A stretch of DNA of 19,599 nt from Fonticula alba ATCC 38817 (taxonomy: Eukaryota; Protista; Nucleariida), in the NCBI GenBank assembly GCA_000388065.2, contig KB932216.1. One strand, written 5' to 3'. A program made the translations under genes and the position numbers. Below the pieces are notes generated by a model. The model was not told the origin of the DNA. It was given only the letters and a program-made list of their open reading frames with translations, and ran no database searches. Each line of letters begins with the position of its first letter. The first letter of the stretch is position 1. Below are positions 1 through 7,859 of the stretch, piece after piece.

Positions 1-422
1 CCCCCCCCCCCCCTCCCCATTTTACGAAGAGCCGTGCCCGAGCGCGCACCCCCGGGGTCGGCCAGAAGAGGGGCTGGAAATGTGCGCGCGATTATGCCGA
101 GGGCCGAGAGAGAGAGACACATCGCACGGCCAGAGCGCGGCGTGCCCGCCCGGAGCCGGCATGCGGCCAGCCGGTCGGGCGGGCCGGGGCCGGGGGTGTC
201 CCCACCGGCCGCCCGGCCCGAGCCGGGCCAACGCACACGGGCCAGACCCCCGGCGCGGCCAGCAGGCCGGAATGCATTTGGGGGGCGGGGGCACACACGA
301 AAAAAAAACGGCAGCCGCGTTTCCGAGGGTGGACGGGGGGGGGGGGGGCTCGCCGGCCGGGGCGCCGGGAAGGGCGCGCACATAATGCCGGCTCGCGACC
401 GCCCGCCCGCCCATTCCCCGCA

Positions 423-442
423 CGCGCGCGCGCGCGCGCGCG
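423..442. repeat. (CG)10 dinucleotide tract
   Basis: Direct reading. Confidence 0.9.
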
Positions 443-2287
443 CCGGAAACTGGCTCCCGCGCCCGTGCCGGGGAGGGTGGAAATCGGGAGACCAGTGAAC
501 ACCCCCGACGCCCTGGGCCGGCGGGGCGGGGGTAGCTCCCCCGTCCTCCGCAGGGACCCCGGGACTAGGGACGGTGAACCCGGGGCGAAAAGGGAGGGGA
601 GGGGGGCGGGGCGGGGCGGGCAGGGAAGTGGATGTGAAACCCGGAGCGAGGGGCGCCTTGGCGGCCGGCCTCTGGGCGCGCCAGCTGCCGGCACCGGAAC
701 ACGAGGCGCATGTACCAGAACCCCCGCCTGGCTGAGACACCCGGCCGGGCGCCGGGCCGACCAGCGGACAGGCCAAGGGATGGGCAGAGCGCGGGGAGAC
801 TGGGAGACCGAATCCGCCGCCCGCAGGAGGGCCCGACCGCCCCAGCCCCATAGGCCAATCCGCCAGGGCCGAGAGGCTGCCATGACGGTGCTCTGACCCA
901 CCGGAGAGCGGCCTCCGCCAGGCTGCGGGCGCCGCCCCCCCCCCCCTCCCCCGGGCGAGGGCGCGCACGCGCAGGGGGTCCCGGGCGCGTCCGGAGGGTG
1001 CCCTTTCCCAGGGGCCCCTGGGGGGCGGGGGGGGGGGGGCGGTTGACCGCCGCGGATCGGCGGGCGATGCGCGCCCGGCACCCCCCGGGGCCCTGGGCGC
1101 GCGGAGAGCACCCGCCCCCCGCGCGCCCAGGGACCCATCATTAGCATGCACCCCGCCGCCCCTCGGCCCCGCCCCTGCGGGGGGGGGGGACTCTCTTCCA
1201 CCAGCCAGCCGCCGCCGCTCCCGGTCTGTCGCCCAAAGGAGGAGGGGGCGCCTGGCGGACCAAGACCGGCCGACGCCAGACGCTAGACCCGCTGGCGGGC
1301 ATTTCTCTCTCTCCTCATATCGCGCATATTTGCCACCATCAACATGCATATATGCTGGCACGAATATATTTCTCCCGTTTGATGAGAACCAAGGCCGACG
1401 GACCCCCAGCCGTGGGGTCAGGTCCCCCCGCCCCCCACTCTCCTGCTGGGGGCAGACGCTCACAAGGGGGAAAAGGGTGCGGGCGCCGACGGTGGCACGG
1501 TCCCACCGCGTCCGGAGCGAGAATCGCCGAGACCTCCGTGACCCTCCCCCCCCCCCCCCCCCCGCCCCCGGTAGGCGAGCCACGGCAGCGGCGCCGGGAC
1601 AGGGCGCGGGCCCCTGTTACGGCAACGGTCCGACGCCGCCGCCGCCGCCGCCGCCCGCCAACAGCCAGGTGCACGGGCCCCCGAGGGCAGGTGAACGACT
1701 CATCACATGACACGACTGCGATACGCCGCGGCAGGCCAGATCCCGGCCCTTTTTCGGCCAGCTGCCCGGTTCCCAGCTCCGCCGGCCGGCGGAGCTGCCT
1801 CGCCAGGCCCCCTCGGAAACGTATCCCTCCTCCCCTCCCCCCTTTTGTTCCCCTCCCTGCTCCTTCCTCCTCTCTCCTCCTCCCCCTCCCGGTCCTCTTC
1901 TTTGGCGCGCTTCGACTGCAAGCACAGTCGTCCACCTGCCCCCTCTGCGTCCTCCCCCCCCCCTCTGTATCCCCTCCCCCGTGCTGCTTGACTCACCCGG
2001 TCGCCACCCTAAAGACCTCCTCCACGCCCGAGAGGTGCTCGCCAGGGACCCGCCCGCGCTGTCCCCTCCTCCCCCTCCTCCCTTCCACCTTCCTCCCTTT
2101 CCTCCGCCCCATCCTCCCCCCCCTCTCTGCTCCCTCCCCTCGTTCGTCTCGTCCCCACTCCCCTCCGGACTTTGGACAGCGTTCCGTGCGCCCCCCTCCG
2201 CCCGATCTGCACACGCACACGCACACGCACACATACACGTACACATACCTACCTACATACACACGCGCGCGCGCATACACGTACACC

Positions 2288-3768
2288 ATGACCGAGCTCG
2301 AGCGCCACGGCAATGAGACCACCATGAACCTCAACCCGGCCCTTCACCAGAACATCATGGGGTCGCGGTACTTCAAGAATCTATAGTGCGTGGCCGTGGC
2401 GCAGCGCTCGCGCCTTCCCCTCCGCCCGCCGGCCGCCGCTGCCCTGCCCCGTGTGGCGCCTGCCTGCCTGCACGCTTCCATGCACTGACCGTCTGCATCT
2501 CCCCTCGCACCTGCTGCTGCTGCGCGCAGCAACTTGACCACCTTCGAGGAGGTGGTGTCCGAAATCTCCGACGAGGTGACCTTCCTGGGTATGTTCGCGC
2601 AGCACCGCCCGCCCGCCCGTCCGCCCGCCCCCCCTGGCTTTTCTGCATCTGACCCTCCCCCCTCTCTCGTCTCTCACTGGCTACTACCCCCCCTGCAGAG
2701 CCCTTTATCCCCGGCACGCGCGACCCCTCCTCCGCATTCTGCCTGCTGCTCAAGCTCTTCACCATGAAGCCCACCGTCAATCAGATGCGGCGGATGCTGA
2801 ACTACCCCCGATCGGTGTACGTCCGCTGCGTGGGGCTGCTCTACCTGCGGTATGCCTTCCCCCCGGCCCGGCTGATGGAGTGGTATGCGGACATGCTGTT
2901 CGACGAGACCCCGGTGGTGGTGGAGGGCCGCCACGGCGCGCGGTCAATGTACGTGCACACCCCCGCCCCCTCGCCCGCCCCCTCCCCCGCCCCCTCGCCC
3001 GCCTCCTGGCCAGCTTCCTCACCTTTCCCCTCTCACAGGCCCCTTGGGAGGTATGTGCGTAATCATCTGCTGCTGGATAACAAGTACTTCGGCACCATCA
3101 TGCCGCTACTGCCCTTCCGTGTCATGGAGTCCATCAAACAGCAGATCAAGGACCTGGAGGCCACGCACTCGCGCGGCGGCGGCGGCGGCGGCGCTGGTAG
3201 CCGCTCCCGCTCGCCGGACCACCATCGTGGCGACGATCGGCGGCCATCGTGGCGCGACAGCCGGAGAGGGCGCTCGCGCTCGCCATCCCCCTCGCCAGTG
3301 GGCGAGGGGCGTGTGCCGCGCGGGGGTGGCCGTCACTCCTCGCCCCCGCCGCCGATCGATGCGGCCAGCCCGCCGACGAGCGGTGGCGCCCCGGCCGGTG
3401 GCCCGCAGGTCGACGCCTTCGGCCGGATGATCGTCCCCTCGCGACAGCGGTCGCCTTCGCGCAGCCGCAGCCGCAGTCGCAGCCCCGGGTCCCGCCGGCG
3501 TGGTGGCGGCTATCGCAGCCGCAGCCGCAGCCGCAGCCGTAGTCACTCCCGCGACCGGTACCGCCGGCGGAGCCGCAGTCGCAGCCGCAGCCGCAGCCGC
3601 AGCCGCGACCGGCACTACTACCGCGACGACCGGCGCTCCTCCAGCTACGGGCGCTACTCTTCCCGAGGGTCATCCTCGTCGTCGTCATCCGGACGCGACC
3701 GCTGGCCCGGCAGCCAGGCCCGACACTATGGCGGCGTGGATGAGCTGGCCGAGCGGTACCGCCGCTGA
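2288..3768 (+). CDS. PRPF38B: Pre-mRNA splicing factor 38 (PRP38B/SRL1 type) with C-terminal RS domain; exons 2288-2385, 2530-2588, 2699-2948, 3039-3768 (378 aa)
   Basis: The spliced translation gives HGNETTMNLNPALHQNIMGSRYFKNLYNLTTFEEVVSEISDEVTFLEPF..SSAFCLLLKLFTMKPTVNQMRRML..YVRCVGLLYLRY..YFGTIMPLLP, matching recalled PRP38 motifs (GNEKTMNLN, STAFCLLYKLFT, YIRALGFMYIRY, FSTLFPRIP). Introns are GTGCGT/GTATGT/GTACGT..CAG and the phases close exactly (1137 nt). An RS-repeat tail runs to TGA at 3766-3768. An additional upstream exon cannot be excluded. Confidence 0.93.
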
Positions 3769-4793
3769 TGGTGCCGACCCCCCCCCCCCCCCCCGTCGAG
3801 GTTTCCCCCCCCCCCTTCCTGGATGCATTCCGCGCGCGTCTCCCCTTGTGTGGGGCTTTTGCAGCGCAGACGGAGCATGTCCGTGTCCTCCCTTGTGTTC
3901 CATTGGGTTTCCGGCTGCCCGTATCTCCCCCCTTCCCCCCCCCCCCCTTCCTCGGAGTCTCTGATACAGCAGTGACGCGGGGCGCATGTGAGTGATGCAT
4001 GCGGAAAGAAATGTACCCCCCTTTTTTATTGTCCTTTCTTTTTTTTTTCGCGTGCTTTCCACCGCCGGGCCGATTGCCGTGCCCCGGGTTGCGCGGGCCC
4101 GGTCAGGGGGGGGGGGAGATCGGTCGTCGTTTCCCCGGGGGCGGCGGACGATCGCGCGTCCCCGTGCGATGGTGTCGGAGTCAGTCTGTGCCGGGTGTGT
4201 GGGTTGGCAAGTGATGGGCCGGCCGACCGCGACGCATCAGAACGCGGCTTGCGTAAAATCGAGCGCCGGCGAATGGCCGCAGTGCGCAGCACGTCCGCCC
4301 TGAAGGCGGCCTGCCATCGCAGAACGCCCGACCACGGCCGCAAAGCCCCGGGCTGATCAGTGCCCGAGCGCATCACGCGGCCCGGGGCGCTAGAACGGTT
4401 TTTCAAATCTCCCCCGATCTGTGCGGCGTCCGCACACATCTCCCCCGCAGGCAGGCTGTCGTCTGCAGTGCGCCGCACATGTCGGTGCCAGGGATCTTGC
4501 CCTCTCGCCCGCCACAATCCCCGGCCGAGAGGTCCCCCCCGCCGCCGCCCCAGACAACGGCCTCGAAGCAGGCTGAACAGGAGCCGGCCCGGCGGCCGGC
4601 CGCCACGACCACACATCGCATAGCAGCCCTCCCCCCTTCCCGCGCCCGTTGTTTTGCCCCGATTCTCGCTCTTCGGCCCTCCCTCGCCGCGTCTCTCCAA
4701 CTACACGCGCGCGTGCTCCCTCTTCGGCCCGGCATCATGGCCGCCCTTCATCCCCCGCTGGATCCGGCTGGTGCGCGCGCGCTGCTCCCTTCC

Positions 4794-4813
4794 GACGTGT
4801 GCTCTTCCGATCT
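4794..4813 (+). other. Illumina TruSeq adapter remnant GACGTGTGCTCTTCCGATCT (assembly contaminant)
   Basis: Exact 20-nt match to the 3' end of the read-2 sequencing primer sequence; it sits between two identical 176-bp copies. Confidence 0.95.
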
Positions 4814-4932
4814 GCATAGCAGCCCTCCCCCCTTCCCGCGCCCGTTGTTTTGCCCCGATTCTCGCTCTTCGGCCCTCCCTCGCCGCGTCTCTCCAACTAC
4901 ACGCGCGCGTGCTCCCTCTTCGGCCCGGCATC

Positions 4933-4966
4933 ATGGCCGCCCTTCATCCCCCGCTGGATCCGGCTG
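4933..4966 (+). CDS. Possible first coding exon of ORC1 (MAALHPPLDPA+G), falsely duplicated at 4737-4770
   Basis: The ATG context is atcATGG, followed by a GTGCGC donor at 4967 in phase 1, which is compatible with the phase-1 CAG acceptor at 5431-5433. An alternative acceptor (tgctaac..tgtag, 5065) also exists. The segment lies in an artefact-ridden region. Confidence 0.35.
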
Positions 4967-5049
4967 GTGCGCGCGCGCTGCTCCCTTCCCCCGCCCCCAT
5001 CTCTCTCTATCTCTCTCTCTCTCTCTCTCCTTCCTTCTCTATACGCCAC

Positions 5050-5199
5050 ATGTGCTAACTTGTAGCCCCGGGTGTCCTCAATCTGTTCTTGGCTTGCATG
5101 TGGCTGGCCCCCCCCCAGATCGGAAGAGCGTCGTGATGTGCTAACTTGTAGCCCCGGGTGTCCTCAATCTGTTCTTGGCTTGCATGTGGCTGGCCCCCC
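5050..5199 (+). repeat. ~64-bp direct duplication (5050-5116 / 5136-5199) flanking an adapter; artefactual
   Basis: atgtgctaacttgtagcc..tggctggcccccc occurs twice, separated by the adapter and ending at the N gap. Confidence 0.9.
5117..5135 (+). other. Illumina adapter remnant AGATCGGAAGAGCGTCGTG (assembly contaminant)
   Basis: Exact 19-nt match to the read-through universal adapter; it sits between two copies of a ~64-bp segment. Confidence 0.95.
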
Positions 5200-5257
5200 N
5201 NNNNNNNNNNNNNNNNNNNNNNNNNNNNNNNNNNNNNNNNNNNNNNNNNNNNNNNNN
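5200..5257. other. Assembly gap (58 N)
   Basis: N run following a C homopolymer. Confidence 0.99.
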
Positions 5258-5433
5258 GCGCGGCTTGCCCTCCCGCCATAAGGTGCCAGCCATATCCCGG
5301 CGTCCTCTCTCTCTCTGGCCCATGGTTCGTCTTGCAAGGTCCCAGCCCCGCTGCGCGATGATGCCCCCTTGGCAATGCCTAACAGCTCGCCCCCCCCCCC
5401 CTCCCCCCCATGGAATCCCCCGCGCACGTGCAG

Positions 5434-7577
5434 TCCCTTTGCAAATGTCGGCCGACCTGCCGCCCCTGTCCCGGGCACGGCAGGCCCTGCACCTGAGTGT
5501 GGTCCCCGCATCGCTCCCCTGTCGCCAGGAGGAGATGGCTCAAGTGCGTGGGATCTGTGGCACCGCGAGGCCTGCCAGTCAAGTCGACCCCCCTGCCTTC
5601 CCCTATCGCCCCTCTGACATACGTGGATCGCGCCCGTGGATTGCCCTGCCCGCCGGGCCTGGAACGCGCAGATCGGCACCATCGTCGAGTCGGCGCTGGT
5701 CAACTCACTACAGGCGGTGGATGCCGAATCCGGGACCCTGCCCGGCGGGGCGTGTCTCTTTGTGTCCGGCATGCCGGGCACCGGCAAGACAACAGCCGTG
5801 CTGGAGGCAGTGCGCATGCTGCGCAGCCACGCGCGGCAGACCCTGGCCCCCGCCACCCCGGACGCGTCGCACATCCCGCCCTTTCAATTTGTGGAAATCA
5901 ACGCGCTGCGCCTGCGAGACCCGAGTGCCGCATACTCGGAGCTGGCGCTGGCCGTGCTGGGGCAGAAATTTGGCGCCAACCGGGCGCTGGCCCAGCTGGA
6001 CGCGCACTTCGGCTCGCCGCCGGACAGGTAGGTCTCTCTACATCTTTTTTTCCCCATTTCTTCCCCTCCCCCTCCCTCCCCCTCTTCAGCTATCCTTATT
6101 TACCCGTTGTCGCCCCGGCCCCTCCTCCCTCCCCCCCCCCTGCTGCAGCCGCCTGCCGGTGGTCCTCCTGCTGGACGAGGTGGATCATCTGCTGACCAAG
6201 AAGCAGACCGTAGTGTACAACCTGTTCGACTGGCCGCAGAAGCCCGGGTCGCGACTGATCATCGTGGCCATTGCCAACACGATGAACCTGCCCGAGAGTG
6301 CGCTGCCGACGGCGCCCGGCCCTTCGGGCCCGGCCACCACGTACACACGCGTGGTCAACGTCTGACCTGTGTTTTTCTCGTCCCCCCCCCCCCCCCCCCT
6401 CCCTCCCCCCCCCCTCTCTCTCTCCCCGCCCACTCGTACAGAACTCCTCCTGCCACGAGTGACCTCGCGCCTGGGTATGCTGCGGGTGGACTTCGCGTCG
6501 TACACCTCCGGGCAGATTGACGAGATCCTGCGAGGCCGGTTGGCGGAGGCCGTCCGACCGGAGGTGGATTTGGCCATTCAGTCGGTGGCCCAGGCGTCCG
6601 GGATATCCATCGACCAGGCCATGACGCCCGAGGTGCTGGCCGCGGTGCAGGGGGCGGCCATTGATGCGCTGTTTGACCCGGCCGCGCGCGGTGTCTTGGC
6701 CACCCTGGTGGCCAACATGAGTGGCGATGCGCGGCGGGCTCTGGAGATTGCCCGGCGTGCGGCCGACGCTGCCGACAACGAGGGCGGCGGTACGTGTCGG
6801 CCTCTGGCCTCCTTCCCTTTCGGCCTTGCTTTCAGGCCTCCCCGTGCCGGCGGGGCATGTCCTGACCAGCCCCCCCCCCCCCCTTCCGGGCCCTGTCTTC
6901 CCTTCCATGCAGAGAAAGTCCTCCCGCGGCATGTCCACCAAATCGCACAGCGGGTCTTCTATCACCAGGCGGCCGAGGTGTCGCTGTCTGGCTTGCCCAT
7001 CGCTCAGCGCCTGTTCATGGCGGCCGTGCACCTGGAGCAGCAGGCCCAGCGCACCCAAACCAAGCGCCGGACCAGCGGCTCGGTGGGCTTTGTGCATCAG
7101 CTCTCCGGCGATGTGCTTCTGTGGCAGGTGTGTCGGGCCCCTCCTGGCTTGTGCCTGGGGCTGGTTGTCTTTCATCCTTTCCCCTGGCCGGATCTAACCA
7201 CGGGCATGTTTCCCCCTCCTCCCGTCATCCCGGTGGCTGGTCGCAGGTGTGCGACCGGATTCGCAACATGTGCCAGCTGTCACATCGGCCGGTGCCCTCC
7301 TCGAGCGATGTGCAGCTGGCGTGTCATCGGTGCGCCTGTTCCCGCCCTTCTTTCTTTCTTTCTCTCTCTCTCTCTCTCGGCCACCATGCGACAGCTATAT
7401 CCCCCCTTCTCTGACTCTCATGTCGGTCTCGCCGGCTGCGGTTCTTCTTCCTGTCGCAGGCTCGCTTCCCAGCGTCTGGTCATCACGGACAGTGCCTCGC
7501 TAGGGCTACATGCTCGGGTCAAGCTCAACACCACCCTGACCAATGTAGAGCAGTTGATCCAGGAGCTCGGCTGGTGA
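5434..7577 (+). CDS. ORC1: Origin recognition complex subunit 1 (AAA+ plus winged-helix core), 5' end uncertain; exons 5434(ATG 5445)-5543, 5672-6027, 6149-6297, 6442-6789, 6913-7127, 7247-7329, 7460-7577 (455 aa from ATG 5445)
   Basis: Motifs: [23 protein letters not shown]; Walker [11 protein letters not shown] (G at 5768); FQFVEINAL; Walker [10 protein letters not shown]; VYNLFDWP; [10 protein letters not shown]; RVTSRLG (Arg finger); [14 protein letters not shown] (sensor II); C-terminal [14 protein letters not shown]. These fit ORC1 better than Cdc6 (LYTLFEWP, GIANALD). All six introns are GT..CAG with compatible phases. Confidence 0.92.
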
Positions 7578-7678
7578 GGCCGTGTCTGCCCTTCTCAAAT
7601 ACACATTTCTAGACACATGTGATGGGTGCACGCATGCGTGTGCGTATGTATGTGGCCCTGGCTGGTCCTGGACGTGAT

Positions 7679-7710
7679 GCGCGCGCGCGCGCACACACAC
7701 ACACACACAC
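7679..7710. repeat. Compound (GC)7(AC)9 microsatellite between the convergent ORC1 and RSBN1 stops
   Basis: Direct reading. Confidence 0.9.
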
Positions 7711-7859
7711 GGGTTATACGTGCGCGAACGCTGTATTTCTCTCGACATAGGAGGACACATGGCCACACATCTCGAGGGAGAGCGCCCCCTGTCAGGAGGA
7801 GAGAGAGAGAGAGAGAAAGGCAAGTACACAAGGACAAGGGGAGGGGGAACGGAGGACCT

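Larger units (their letters stand above)
4618..4989 (+). repeat. 176-bp direct duplication (4618-4793 = 4814-4989) flanking an adapter; artefactual
   Basis: The copies appear identical by eye, and the spacer is exactly the adapter. Confidence 0.9.

Noticed and set aside
22-2250. Many 100-370 aa ORFs upstream of PRP38
   Set aside because: They are Pro/Arg/Gly-rich translations of G/C homopolymers, with no recognisable motifs or phase-consistent splice pattern. Stops are rare at this GC content. The region is left unexplained (probably intergenic or UTR).
4025-4030. AATAAA on the minus strand
   Set aside because: No minus-strand gene ends here; it is better explained as part of a T-rich tract downstream of PRP38.
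4211-4356. Possible C/D-box snoRNA (GTGATGG..CTGA)
   Set aside because: The C box is imperfect, there is no terminal stem and no recognisable rRNA-complementary guide. An Infernal/snoscan search would be needed.
4618-4989. Apparent recent tandem duplication or repeat-spacer-repeat unit
   Set aside because: The spacer is an exact Illumina adapter, so this is an assembly artefact rather than biology or CRISPR.
6790-6912. In-frame, stop-free 123-nt ORC1 intron as coding sequence
   Set aside because: It has a strong GTACGT donor, a ctgac branch-like site, a poly-C tract and a CAG acceptor, and splicing restores ORC1 colinearity. The lack of stops is expected by chance.
5434-7577. Calling the AAA+ gene CDC6
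   Set aside because: The [20 protein letters not shown] and ANTMNLPE motifs are ORC1-type.
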